NCBI GenBank assembly: GCA_964418365.1
Contig: CAYQLM010000004.1
Location: 1-55,596 of the forward strand
Source of the DNA: an uncultured Dehalococcoidia bacterium
GTDB lineage: Bacteria; Chloroflexota; Dehalococcoidia; DSTF01; RBG-16-68-14
Direction of reading: 5' to 3'
Length of the DNA stretch: 55,596 nucleotides
Both the position numbers and the translations under genes were made by a program. The first letter of the stretch is position 1. The number at the start of each line of letters is the position of its first letter. This document shows, one piece after another, positions 43,896 to 53,800 of this stretch. The notes under the pieces were generated by a model. That model ran no database searches. It was not told the origin of the DNA and saw nothing but the letters and a program-made list of their open reading frames with translations.

Positions 43896-44564
43896 CTAAC
43901 CCGGCTGGTACTGCGCTCCCGGCGTGATCGTGACGCCCGGTGCACCCCACCGCTCCTGCTCACCATCCGGGCCGATGGCGAGCGCGGCGTGCTCCGGCAG
44001 CGCAATGCCGATCGCGTCAGGATGATCGCGCAGCGCTTGCGCGAGGAGCACGTCACGATCCCGCGTATGGTGCACCGACACGATCGTGTTCGGCACCCAG
44101 CCCCAGCCGTGAAGCACTCCGGCGCCAAGCGAGACCCCCCACGCCGCCAGCGCGATCGCTCCCGCGCTCGTGCCGGCGATCACCGCACCCTGATCGTACG
44201 CAGCTACGGCGGCATCGAGCGCCGGTGAGCCCGCCAGCGATGCGAGGAGCTGCTCCGTATCGCCGCCGCCGAGGTAGATCAGCCCTGCGTTCGCGAGCAG
44301 CTCCGCGTTCTTCGGGTCGCGCGCTGCTGCCGGATCGCGGATGGGCACCTCGTAGCCGTCCGGCGCGCCAAGCCGCGTGTACGTCTCGAGGAACGACTCA
44401 GCATAGTCGGGCGGGCAGTTCGCCGCCGGTAGAAACGCGATCGGTTTAGTCTTGTCCATCCGCGCGATCGCCTCGCGATCGATCGCCTCCGTGGGCGGCC
44501 AGGAATTCGAGCCGCCGATGAGGATGAGCCAGCCCCGGGCCGGGCGGAAGGGACGGAGGGTCAC
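43896..44564 (-). CDS. Peptidase S51 / cyanophycinase-like protein
   Basis: LILIGG, FLPAA, IYLGGGD, AGTSAGA. Confidence 0.8.
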   Translation of the reverse strand: MTLRPFRPARGWLILIGGSNSWPPTEAIDREAIARMDKTKPIAFLPAANCPPDYAESFLETYTRLGAPDGYEVPIRDPAAARDPKNAELLANAGLIYLGGGDTEQLLASLAGSPALDAAVAAYDQGAVIAGTSAGAIALAAWGVSLGAGVLHGWGWVPNTIVSVHHTRDRDVLLAQALRDHPDAIGIALPEHAALAIGPDGEQERWGAPGVTITPGAQYQPG

Positions 44565-44568
44565 GACT

Positions 44569-44810
44569 CCCTCACCCCTGGCCCCTCTCCCAGAGGGAGA
44601 GGGGAATTGTCATTCCGAGCCCCTCGGCTACGCTCGGGATAAACTCCGCGAGGAATCTGGCCCCGATAGTAGAGGCGTCGATCTTTGAGGGCCAGACCCT
44701 TCGCTTCGCCCAGGGTGACAGTCGCCACCCGCTGTGCCTGAGTGAAGCCGGTGGCGACCTGAAGGTCGCCCCTACGACGCTGCACCACCAGCGACGAGCG
44801 ACCAGCGACC
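44569..44810. repeat. Composite repeat cluster: CCCTC-hairpin REP, two YGTC REPs, GTAG REP, heptamers
   Basis: Units at 44569-44604, 44608-44658, 44689-44720, 44750-44775 and 44787-44810. Confidence 0.72.
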
Positions 44811-44811
44811 A

Positions 44812-45753
44812 TCATTGCATCGCGCGCAGCACGCGGATGCGATCCTGGATCGGCGGGTGCGTATCGAAGAGGTTGTTCAGGAAGCTGTCGTGGTCATGCA
44901 GCGGGTTCGCGATCCAGAGGTGCGCCGTCGCCTTGTTCGCCTCGTGCAGCGGCACAGGGTCGGCGGATATCTTCTCCAGCGCGCGGGCCAGCGCCTCCGG
45001 ATCGCGCGTGAGCAGCGCGCCCGAGGCGTCGGCGAGATACTCGCGCTGGCGTGAGATCGCGAACTGGATGATCTGCGCGGCGATCGGCGCGAGGATCGCA
45101 CCGATGAGCGCAATGGCATAGATGATGATAAAGCCCGAGCCTCCGCTGCGGTCGCGATTCCCGGGCCGGCTGCCCGCCCCGAAGATGGTGAGCCGGAACA
45201 TCAGGTCAGCGACGAGCGCCGAGAGCCCAACGAGCACGACGATGACGGTCATCAGCCGCGTGTCGTAGTTGCCGACGTGCGATAGCTCATGGCCGATGAC
45301 GCCCTGCAGCTCGGCGTGGTCGAGCTTCTGCAGCAGCCCGCGCGTTACCGCGACCGACGCGTGTTCCGGGTCTCGCCCCGTCGCGAACGCGTTCGGCGCG
45401 GCGTCTTCGATGACGTAGACCTTCGGCATCGGCAAGCCGGCGCCGATGCACAGGTTCTCGACCGTGTTGTACAAGTCCGGCTCCTTGGCCTTCGTCACCT
45501 CATGCGCTTGAGAGATCCCCAACGTAATACGGGACGAGCTGTAGTAGCTGAAGAGCGCGTAGATGAGGAACGGGATGATCAGCAGCGGCACGTACGGATA
45601 CGGCAGCCCGAAGATGATGCCGAGCGCGATCGAGAGCCCGGCTAGCACACCGATGAAGGCGATGAGCAGAAGGAAGGTCTCGCGCCGGTTCTGGCCGATC
45701 CGGTCGTAGACGAGAACCTGCTGCTGCTGCTGCTGCTGCTGCTGGTGGTGCAT
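44812..45753 (-). CDS. htpX: Zinc metalloprotease HtpX (M48)
   Basis: PNAFATG, HELSH, SRQREYLAD, THPP; N-terminal polyQ. Confidence 0.93.
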   Translation of the reverse strand: MHHQQQQQQQQQVLVYDRIGQNRRETFLLLIAFIGVLAGLSIALGIIFGLPYPYVPLLIIPFLIYALFSYYSSSRITLGISQAHEVTKAKEPDLYNTVENLCIGAGLPMPKVYVIEDAAPNAFATGRDPEHASVAVTRGLLQKLDHAELQGVIGHELSHVGNYDTRLMTVIVVLVGLSALVADLMFRLTIFGAGSRPGNRDRSGGSGFIIIYAIALIGAILAPIAAQIIQFAISRQREYLADASGALLTRDPEALARALEKISADPVPLHEANKATAHLWIANPLHDHDSFLNNLFDTHPPIQDRIRVLRAMQ

Positions 45754-45829
45754 ATCGGTAGGTAGTCAACACCCCAGCGCGAAGGCTGGGGCATCGATAC
45801 TTCCTGCGAAGCTCGCTCGCCGCGACACG

Positions 45830-46459
45830 CTACGTCGCCGGCGTGCTCGGCGTCGACGGCGTGGTCGGCGCCGGTGGCGCCGACGAGGTCGGAGTCGTAA
45901 AGCTCACCTTGACGTCCTCGCGCGCGGCCTCTTCGGCTTCGAAGAACTCGAACGCCGTGAAGTTGAACGTGTTCGCGATGAGCACGTTCGGGAAGACCTG
46001 GATGCGCGTGTTGAAGTCCATCACGTTGCGGTTGTAGAACTGGCGCGCGAAGGCGATCTTCTCCTCCACGTCGGAGAGGTCGCGCTGGAGCTGCAAGAAG
46101 TTCTCGTTCGCTTTGAGCTGCGGGTAGTTCTCGGCAACGGCGAACAGCGTCTTCAACGTCGCCGTTAGCGCATTGTCCGCTTGCGCTGCTTGACCGGGCG
46201 TGCCCGCCTGGTCCAATCGAGCGCGCGCCCGAGTTACGTTCTCCAGCACCTCGCGCTCGTGCGCGGCGTACCCCTTCACCGTCTCGACGAGGTTCGGCAC
46301 CAAGCTCGACCGTCGTTTGAGCTGCACATCGATGCCCGACCACGCCTCGCGACAGCGGATGCGCGATCGCACGAGGCCGTTGTAGATGCCGAGCAGGATC
46401 AGTCCGAGGAGGAGAACGACGCCGACGACGACGGCGAGGACGATGATGACAGGAAGCAT
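45830..46459 (-). CDS. lemA: LemA family protein
   Basis: AWSGIDVQLKRR..LVPNLVETVKGYA.HE, AVAENYPQLKA, ARQFYN. Confidence 0.95.
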   Translation of the reverse strand: MLPVIIVLAVVVGVVLLLGLILLGIYNGLVRSRIRCREAWSGIDVQLKRRSSLVPNLVETVKGYAAHEREVLENVTRARARLDQAGTPGQAAQADNALTATLKTLFAVAENYPQLKANENFLQLQRDLSDVEEKIAFARQFYNRNVMDFNTRIQVFPNVLIANTFNFTAFEFFEAEEAAREDVKVSFTTPTSSAPPAPTTPSTPSTPAT

Positions 46460-46584
46460 GGGAGCGTCCCCCTTTCGTTCGACGGCGCTATTGTAGCACA
46501 GCGCTTCTCATTGACGGGCGAGCGGTGGGCTCGCTTTAATGCACTGTCACATCGCGCGCACGCGCTAGATTCGGTAGGAGCCCC

Positions 46585-47796
46585 ATGGTTACCGTCGAGT
46601 ACAACCCGTTCGTTCCGGATGTCCACGCCAATCCCTATCCGATGTACCGCCAGCTCCGCGAAGAGGACCCCGTCCACTGGAGCCCGCTGCTCGAAGCGTG
46701 GATCCTCACGCGCTACGACGACGTGCTCGCGGTGTTGAAGCACCCCCGCTTCTCCGCCGACCGCCGCCAGGCGCGCAACCGCTACGTCCAGCAGATGATG
46801 GAGCAGCAGGCGCAGGCGGGCCCGCTCGCCCAGTCGGCCACCATGCTCACGTCCGATCCGCCCGAGCACACGCGGCTGCGCGGGCTGGTGAGCAGCGCGT
46901 TCACCTTCAAGGCGGTCGAGGCGCTGCGGCCGCGCATCCAGCAGATCGTCAATGAGCTGCTCGACGGGCTGCAGGGGAAGGGCCGCATGGACGTGATCTG
47001 GGACCTCGCCTACCCGCTGCCGGTGATCGTCATCGCCGAGCTGCTGGGCGTTCCGCCGGAGCAACGCGACACGTTCAAGCGCTGGTCGGACGACGTCGTC
47101 GCAACACTCGGCGGCCCGATGACACCGCCCGACGTGCAGGAGCGCGGCCGCAAGAGCTCCGAGGAGATGGCCGAGTACTTCCGCGGCGTCATCACCGAGC
47201 GGCGGAAGCGGCCACAGGGCGACTTGCTCAGCCGGCTCATCGCGGCCGAAGAGAGCGGCGCCGTGCTCAGCGAAGACGAGATGATCGCCACGTGCATCTT
47301 GCTGCTCGCCGCCGGTAACGAGACGACGACGAACCTCATCGGCAACGGCACGCTCGCCCTGCTGCGCAACCCGGCACAGCTCGAGCTGCTATGCGCGCAG
47401 CCGGAGCTCACCGAGTCCGCGGTCGAGGAGTTTCTGCGCTACGACGGGCCGGTGCAGGGCACGGGCCGCGTCGCGCAGGAGGCGATCGAGATCGGCGGGC
47501 AGAAGTTCGAGGAGGGCCAGCTCGCGTTCGTCATGATCGCCGCCGCCGACCGCGATCCCGCGGCCTTCGCAGAGCCGGAGTCGCTCGACATCACACGAAA
47601 AGACAATCGCCACGTCGCGTTCGGCTATGGCATCCACTTCTGTCTCGGCGCGCCGCTCGCGCGCGCCGAGGCGCAGATCGCCTTCGCGACGATGCTGCGG
47701 CGCCTGCCGGAGCTACGGCTCGAGACAGAGCAGCCGGAATGGGGCGGCACCTTCATCCTCCGCGGCTTGAAGAGCCTACCAGTGGCGTGGAGGTAA
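46585..47796 (+). CDS. Cytochrome P450
   Basis: DPPEHTRLR, AGNETT, EFLR, FGYGIHFCLG. Confidence 0.96.
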   Translation: MVTVEYNPFVPDVHANPYPMYRQLREEDPVHWSPLLEAWILTRYDDVLAVLKHPRFSADRRQARNRYVQQMMEQQAQAGPLAQSATMLTSDPPEHTRLRGLVSSAFTFKAVEALRPRIQQIVNELLDGLQGKGRMDVIWDLAYPLPVIVIAELLGVPPEQRDTFKRWSDDVVATLGGPMTPPDVQERGRKSSEEMAEYFRGVITERRKRPQGDLLSRLIAAEESGAVLSEDEMIATCILLLAAGNETTTNLIGNGTLALLRNPAQLELLCAQPELTESAVEEFLRYDGPVQGTGRVAQEAIEIGGQKFEEGQLAFVMIAAADRDPAAFAEPESLDITRKDNRHVAFGYGIHFCLGAPLARAEAQIAFATMLRRLPELRLETEQPEWGGTFILRGLKSLPVAWR

Positions 47797-47820
47797 CACA
47801 TCTGAAAACGGCGTGAAGCA

Positions 47821-47904
47821 GAAGGCCAGGGCTATTAAGCCTGGCCTTCAGTTGATGTCGAGACGTCTGCGATAGGGCGGACGGAGCTGAAGCTCCGTCC
47901 CTAC
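47821..47904. terminator. Stem-loop plus GTAG-type REP between convergent genes
   Basis: GAAGGCCAGG..CCTGGCCTTC and GGACGGAGCTGAAGCTCCGTCCCTAC. Confidence 0.55.
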
Positions 47905-47912
47905 TTCAAGCT

Positions 47913-49148
47913 CTACGCTTCGCGCTGGAAGGCGGCCGCAAGGCCCATGCCGCCGCCCATGCAGAGCGTGACGAGGCCCCACTCCGCGTTCCGGCGTCGC
48001 ATCTCGAAGCCGATGGTGCCGATCAGCCGCGCGCCGCTCGCGGCGAGCGGATGGCCGATCGCGACCGCGCCACCGTTCACGTCGAGCTTGTCTTCCGGGA
48101 TGCCCAGCTCGCGCCGCACCGCGACGACCTGACAGGCGAACGCTTCGTTCACCTCGACGAGATCGAAATCCTTCATCGACATGCCGGTGCGCTGGAAGAG
48201 CTTCTGCGTCGCCGGTATGGGGCCGATACCCATGATCGTCGGGTCGACACCGATCGTTGCCGCGTGGCGGTACGTCAGCAGCGGCTTGAGGCCCAGCTCC
48301 TTCGCCTTGTCCTTCGACATGACGAGCGTGAGCGACGCGCCGTCGTTGCGCGGACAGGAGTTGCCGGCGGTCACCTTGCCGCCCTCGACGAAGGCAGGCT
48401 TCAGGTTCGCGAGCGCCTCCAGCGTCGTCGGGCGCGGGCACTGGTCGGTGTCGACGGTAGCCGTCGAGCCGTCCTTGTAGGTGATCGTGATCGGCACGAT
48501 CTCGTCCTTGTAGGCCTGGCGCTGCTGCGCGTCGAGCGCCTTCTTGTGGCTCTCGACGGCGAACGCGTCCGCGTCTTCGCGCGAAACGTCGTAGACTTTC
48601 GACAGCTTCTCCGCCGTCAGGCCCATGTTCATGATCCAGGGCTCGGTCTTGCGGTACCACGGCGGGAGCAGCTCCGCTTCCTTCCAGCCCTCCGGCAGCG
48701 GCGCTTCCTCGCGGCCCTGCGCGATCGGCCGGCCGCCTTCGGTCTCCGTCGTCTTCTTGCCGTCGACGGGCCGCGCGGGCCGGATGCGGCCCATCGTCTC
48801 GACCCCGCCGGCGATGATGATGTCGGACATGCCGGTCATCACGGCGTGGCACGCCTGAATCGTCGCCTGGAGCGATGTGCCGCACTGCTTGTTAAGGTCC
48901 GTGCCGGAGATCGTGTCCGGCAGGTCCGCCTCGAAGAGGTACATGCGGGCGCGGGTGAGGACACCGGCTAGCTCTACCGAGCCGATGATCGTCTCATCGA
49001 TCGTCTTCGGGTCGAGCTTGTTACGCTCGACGATCGCCTTGAGCAGCGGCACCATCAGCTCGACGTGGGTGACGTCGCGGAAGACGCCCTTTTCGCCCGC
49101 GCGACCGAACGGCGTGCGCACCATATCGACAACGACTGCTTCTCGCAT
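47913..49148 (-). CDS. Thiolase (acetyl-CoA acyltransferase)
   Basis: Start MREAVV; NKQCGTS, NEAFA, GHPLAASG, LCMGGGMG. Confidence 0.95.
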   Translation of the reverse strand: MREAVVVDMVRTPFGRAGEKGVFRDVTHVELMVPLLKAIVERNKLDPKTIDETIIGSVELAGVLTRARMYLFEADLPDTISGTDLNKQCGTSLQATIQACHAVMTGMSDIIIAGGVETMGRIRPARPVDGKKTTETEGGRPIAQGREEAPLPEGWKEAELLPPWYRKTEPWIMNMGLTAEKLSKVYDVSREDADAFAVESHKKALDAQQRQAYKDEIVPITITYKDGSTATVDTDQCPRPTTLEALANLKPAFVEGGKVTAGNSCPRNDGASLTLVMSKDKAKELGLKPLLTYRHAATIGVDPTIMGIGPIPATQKLFQRTGMSMKDFDLVEVNEAFACQVVAVRRELGIPEDKLDVNGGAVAIGHPLAASGARLIGTIGFEMRRRNAEWGLVTLCMGGGMGLAAAFQREA

Positions 49149-49233
49149 GGAACTGGCTCCTTTCGGGATGGCTGGATTAGCAGGCTGAGGGTACCTAACG
49201 TGTACGTAAAGGGTCAAGCCTTGCTACCATAAG

Positions 49234-51144
49234 GTGCCCCGAGATGAAGCACACCGCCGCAGCGCAACCGTTCTCACAAACGCCGCTCCGGGAGCAGCAC
49301 GAGCGATGATGCACGGTGGGGTCAGCGGCGGAGGCGGCATGTTCCGGGCCACCATCCCAGAACGAAACAAGCCGCGACACGGCGCGGGGCCCGTTCTGCG
49401 CCAGACCGCTTCCCTCTTCGCCCGCTACCGAAGGCACGTCGGCGTCCTCGCGCTGACGATCACCGCCGCGAGCCTGATCGGCCTGGCGCCGCCGCTCATC
49501 ATACGCAAGATCATCGACGACGCCATCCCGCACCGCGATGGCGTCCAGGTCGACATGCTGGTCATCTGGATCATCGCGGCCTCGCTCGGCGGCGCGCTGC
49601 TGAGCGTGGGGCAGACATGGCTGAACAACATCGTCGGGCAGAACATCATGGAGGACGTGCGCAATCGCATCTACGCGCGCATGCAGCGCATGTCGCTTCG
49701 GTTCCTCACCAGCACGCGCGGCGGCGAGATCCAGTCGCGCCTGACGAACGACGTGAACGCGATCCAGGACGCCGTGACGAACAGCTTCACGAGCGTGCTC
49801 GCGAACGCGATCACCGTCATCAGCACCGTCACCTTGATGACCGTCCTCGATTGGCGATTTACACTGCTCGCCGTCGCGGCGCTGCCGCTCTTCATCTACC
49901 CCACCCGGCGCGTCGGCGCGATCCAGCGGCGCCTTCTCACGCGACAGCAGGAACAGCTCGCGCAGCTCTCCGCGCATTCACAAGAGACGCTTTCGATCAA
50001 CGGCGCGCTGCTCGTGAAGCTCTTCGGCCGCGAGTCGCACGAGTATGAACGCTACCGCTCGATCAACCGCAATGTGCGCGATCTTTCCATCCGGCGGGCG
50101 CTGGTTGGGCGCTGGTTCTTCATGCTGCTCGGCCTGTTCGGCGCGCTCGTGCCCGCGCTCGTCTACTGGTACGGCGGGCACGCGGTCATCAACGCTGACA
50201 TGCAGATCGGTACGGTCGTTGCGCTGGCGGCCTACGTCACCCGTCTCTTCACGCCGGTCACGCAGCTCCTCTCCACGCAGGTGACGGTCGAGAGCAGCCT
50301 CGCGCTGTTCGAGCGCATCTTCGAGTACACCAATCTGCCTGTCGAGATCGAGGAGGCGCCGAACGCGATCGACATCCGCCGCGCGCGCGGCCAGCTCGAG
50401 TTCGATCACGTGTCGTTCCAGTATGTGCCGTCGCGCTGGGCGCTGCGGGACGTCTCGTTCTCGGTTGAGCCGGGGCAGATGACCGCGCTCGTCGGCCCCA
50501 GCGGCGCCGGGAAGACCACGGTCACCTACCTTACCGTCCGCCTCTTCGACGTGACGAACGGCGCGGTGCGGCTCGATGGCGTGGACATGCGCGAGCTCAC
50601 GCTGCCGAGCCTCGCGCGCAACATCAGCATGGTCACCCAGGAGTCGTTCCTCATCCACGACACGCTGCGCGAGAACGTCCGCTACGGAATGCCCGACGCG
50701 ACCGACGACGAGATCATGGCCGCGGTGCGCACGGCGCAGCTTCAGGAGATGGTCGACCACCTGCCAAAGGGGCTCGACACCGTCGTCGGCGAACGGGGCT
50801 ACCGGCTCAGCGGCGGCGAGAAGCAGCGCGTCGCTATCGCGCGCGTGCTGCTCAAAGATCCGCCTGTGCTCGTGCTCGACGAGGCGACGAGCTCGCTCGA
50901 TTCGCAATCGGAGCGGCTGATCCAGCAGGCGCTCGCCGAGCTGATGCGCAACCGCACGACGATCGTCATCGCGCACCGGCTCAGCACGGTGCTCCACGCC
51001 GACCAGATCCTGGTGCTTAACAGAGGAGAGATCGTCGAGCGCGGCCGCCATCAGGAGCTTCTCGCGCGCCGCGGCTCCTACTCGCGCTTGTACCGCGCGC
51101 AGTTCGCCGCGGAGCCGGCCGAGGCGGCGGTCAGCAGCTACTGA
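49234..51144 (+). CDS. ABC transporter, fused permease/ATPase (MsbA-like)
   Basis: Six TMs; GPSGAGKT, LSGGEKQR, LDEATS, AHRLST. The start may be ATG 49306. Confidence 0.92.
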   Translation: MPRDEAHRRSATVLTNAAPGAARAMMHGGVSGGGGMFRATIPERNKPRHGAGPVLRQTASLFARYRRHVGVLALTITAASLIGLAPPLIIRKIIDDAIPHRDGVQVDMLVIWIIAASLGGALLSVGQTWLNNIVGQNIMEDVRNRIYARMQRMSLRFLTSTRGGEIQSRLTNDVNAIQDAVTNSFTSVLANAITVISTVTLMTVLDWRFTLLAVAALPLFIYPTRRVGAIQRRLLTRQQEQLAQLSAHSQETLSINGALLVKLFGRESHEYERYRSINRNVRDLSIRRALVGRWFFMLLGLFGALVPALVYWYGGHAVINADMQIGTVVALAAYVTRLFTPVTQLLSTQVTVESSLALFERIFEYTNLPVEIEEAPNAIDIRRARGQLEFDHVSFQYVPSRWALRDVSFSVEPGQMTALVGPSGAGKTTVTYLTVRLFDVTNGAVRLDGVDMRELTLPSLARNISMVTQESFLIHDTLRENVRYGMPDATDDEIMAAVRTAQLQEMVDHLPKGLDTVVGERGYRLSGGEKQRVAIARVLLKDPPVLVLDEATSSLDSQSERLIQQALAELMRNRTTIVIAHRLSTVLHADQILVLNRGEIVERGRHQELLARRGSYSRLYRAQFAAEPAEAAVSSY

Positions 51145-51150
51145 CGCCCG

Positions 51151-51702
51151 CTACTGGACCGAGACGAGCTCGATGTCGAACGTCAGCGTGGCGTTCGGCG
51201 GGATGCTTGGCGCGTAGCCCCGGCTGCCGTAGGCGAGCTCCGGCGGGATGATCAGCCGGCGCTTGCCGCCCACCTTCATGCCGGCGGCGCCTTCCGTCCA
51301 GCCCTGGATGACCTGGTCCAGGCCGATGCGTAGCGGTCCGCCTTCGATCGCTGAGCTGTCGAAGATCGTACCGTCTTCCAGCCAGCCCGTGTAGCTCATC
51401 ACCACGCAGCTGGTCGCGTTCGCCTCGGCACCGGTGCCCTCCTGCAGATCGAAGATCTGGAGGCCGTCCGCCGTCGTAGTCGGCTGTGCTGTTACAGCCG
51501 GCGGCGCGCTGCTGGGAGGGGGCGCGGGCGGCGTCACGCCTGGCGTGATCACCACGTCGGGAATACACGCCGGCGTGCTCACTGCGCTGCTCGTCGGCGC
51601 AGGCGTGGCGGTCGACTTCGAGCCGCCACCGTTCTTGCACGCAACAAGCATGACGGCAGCGCCGAGTAAGAGAGCTGACGCGAAGAGCGCATGTCGAAGC
51701 AT
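51151..51702 (-). CDS. FKBP-type peptidyl-prolyl isomerase lipoprotein
   Basis: Lipobox [40 protein letters not shown]. Confidence 0.93.
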   Translation of the reverse strand: MLRHALFASALLLGAAVMLVACKNGGGSKSTATPAPTSSAVSTPACIPDVVITPGVTPPAPPPSSAPPAVTAQPTTTADGLQIFDLQEGTGAEANATSCVVMSYTGWLEDGTIFDSSAIEGGPLRIGLDQVIQGWTEGAAGMKVGGKRRLIIPPELAYGSRGYAPSIPPNATLTFDIELVSVQ

Positions 51703-51790
51703 CAGCGCCCAGTCTGCGGCAGCGGGGCGTTAGGGGCAAGGCCCGCCCGAGCCGCCTGCTATAATCGGGCACACGACTGCGGAGGACGCC

Positions 51791-52420
51791 ATGGTGACGA
51801 CCACCTTCAGCCACCCGATAACAACGCTCGAGCAGCTCCGCCAGATCGTCGCGGAGCCGAACGATCTCGCCCGCCGCAAGCGGCTCTCCGGTATCGACGA
51901 GCACTGCCGCGCCTTCATCGCGCGGTCGCCGTTCCTGCTGCTCGCCACGTCGAACGCGCGAGGCGATTGCGACGTCTCGCCCAAGGGGGATGCGCCCGGC
52001 TTCGTCCAGGTGCTGGACGAGACGACGATCGCCATCCCCGACCGGCCCGGCAACAACCGCCTCGACTCGCTGACCAACATCATCGAGAACCCGCACGCCG
52101 GCGCGCTCTTCATCATCCCGGGCGCCGAGTGGACGCTGCGCGTCAACGGCCGCGCGACGATCGTGCGCGACGAGGACATCCTCGGCCGCTGCGCGGTCGG
52201 CGGCAAGCGGCCCGCGCTGGCCATCGCCATCGAGGTCGAAGAGGCGTTCTTGCACTGCCCCAAGTGCTTCCTGCGCTCCAAGCTCTGGGAGAGTGAAGGC
52301 TGGTCGCATAAGGATGAGCTCTCGTTCGCCGAGATCGTGCGCGACCACGCGAAGCTCACGGACGTGCCGGTGGAGACCATCCAGCACGCGCTCGACAAGG
52401 CGCACGAGTCGCTCTACTAG
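51791..52420 (+). CDS. Pyridoxamine 5'-phosphate oxidase-like FMN-binding protein
   Basis: FIARSPF, DVSPKGD.PGFV, PDRPGNNRLD, LRVNGRA, HCPK. Confidence 0.88.
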   Translation: MVTTTFSHPITTLEQLRQIVAEPNDLARRKRLSGIDEHCRAFIARSPFLLLATSNARGDCDVSPKGDAPGFVQVLDETTIAIPDRPGNNRLDSLTNIIENPHAGALFIIPGAEWTLRVNGRATIVRDEDILGRCAVGGKRPALAIAIEVEEAFLHCPKCFLRSKLWESEGWSHKDELSFAEIVRDHAKLTDVPVETIQHALDKAHESLY

Positions 52421-52446
52421 CGCGCCGTTCGGCTAGCTCTAGTCGA

Positions 52447-53760
52447 TTAGTCTTCGCGCCAGCGCACCGCGAACACGCGCACCGGCTCGCCGACGCCCTT
52501 CAGCTCTCGCTCGCCCCGGTCTTCGAACGAGACGCCGGCCGAGGTGCGCGCCAGATCGCGCACCGTGCCCGACACCAGCGTCTCGCCCCCGGCGGCTTCG
52601 CTCGCGACGCGCGCGGCGATGTTCACCGCGCCGCCGTAGACGTTGTTCGACTCGCGGATCACATCTCCCGCGTGGACACCGATGTGCAACGCCAACCCTG
52701 ACGCGTCCGCCGCTGTATGACACGCCATCGCGCACGCGATCGCTTCGCGCGCCGCGCCGAACGTGGCCAGCACGCCGTCGCCCAGCACCTTCCCATCGAT
52801 AGCCGTCCCGCCGTTCGAGCTGATCGCGCTACGCAGCGCCGCGTCCAGCGCGCGCGCCTTCTCGCGGAACGCCGCGTCGCCCATGCGCTCCGTCAGCGCC
52901 GTAGAGTCCGCGATGTCGGCGAAGAGGATAATCGCGGTGCCGGAGGGCACAACGTCACTCGCCGCGTCCCGTTCTTCGCGAACGAATTCACGAAACGCTC
53001 GCACCCAGTCATCAGTCGACACGAAGCGAGCGTTAGGGATGCGCTTCGCCAGCCGCTGCGTCGCCACCTTCAAGTGAGCACTCGGTAACCCGCTGTCGTC
53101 GTGGACGACGAGGACGGGCACACTGACCGAAGCCAAAAGGGCGGTCACGTCGATCCGCTCAAACGACTCCTCGCATGCCAGGAAGGCCTGAACCGTCATG
53201 CCGGCGCGCAATATTTCTCCGAGTTTACGACCTGCCTCGCTGTCTCCGTACTTCATGAATTGATTCCCACGAGTAAGTGTGAAATACTCCCACTCCGCCT
53301 GCGAACCCGTCTGGATGACGTTGATTGGCCGAACCTCAGCCGCGTGGAGCTCCCTCCCCGACGCAGCGGTGTCCCACAGCATCAGATGGGAGACTCGCTC
53401 GGGGTGCTGCACAGTGTATGCGATGGCAGTCGGACCCCCATGTGCCCGAGCGAGCAGATCAAAGCCACCCAGATCGAGGGCCTGGACAACCGCTTCCAGG
53501 TCACGGAGACTGGCCTCCAGAGAGAAGTCGACGGCATCCCGGTCCGAAGAGCCCGTGCCGCGACCGTCGTACCTGATACACCGGAAGCCGGCCGCAACGA
53601 GCTCATCCGTCCATGCTCTGGAGAACGGTGACCCCGACGCGTACAGGTGAGCGTCCCCCCAGAGGTTCGAGACGAAGATCAGCGGCGTCCCTTCGCCAAG
53701 ATCGATGAACGCGATGCTCACACCGTCGCTCGTCTTCGCGTACTGGATCTGCGGTTCCAT
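52447..53760 (-). CDS. Alpha/beta-hydrolase-fold plus class III nucleotidyl cyclase fusion (copy 1)
   Basis: YDGRGTGSS hydrolase fold; ILFADIADST, KVLGDG, AVNIAAR, LKG. Confidence 0.88.
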   Translation of the reverse strand: MEPQIQYAKTSDGVSIAFIDLGEGTPLIFVSNLWGDAHLYASGSPFSRAWTDELVAAGFRCIRYDGRGTGSSDRDAVDFSLEASLRDLEAVVQALDLGGFDLLARAHGGPTAIAYTVQHPERVSHLMLWDTAASGRELHAAEVRPINVIQTGSQAEWEYFTLTRGNQFMKYGDSEAGRKLGEILRAGMTVQAFLACEESFERIDVTALLASVSVPVLVVHDDSGLPSAHLKVATQRLAKRIPNARFVSTDDWVRAFREFVREERDAASDVVPSGTAIILFADIADSTALTERMGDAAFREKARALDAALRSAISSNGGTAIDGKVLGDGVLATFGAAREAIACAMACHTAADASGLALHIGVHAGDVIRESNNVYGGAVNIAARVASEAAGGETLVSGTVRDLARTSAGVSFEDRGERELKGVGEPVRVFAVRWRED

Positions 53761-53761
53761 C

Positions 53762-53800
53762 CGACCTAACCCCCGGCCCCTTCCCTATGAGGGAAGGGGG
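53762..53800. repeat. CCCTC/CCCTT-hairpin REP at a gene junction
   Basis: CGACCTAACCCCCGGCCCCTTCCCTATGAGGGAAGGGG, similar to the DUF559 TIR. Confidence 0.75.

Noticed and set aside
44569..44810. CRISPR-like repeat cluster
   Set aside because: Repeats are heterogeneous, inverted and irregularly spaced; no cas genes.
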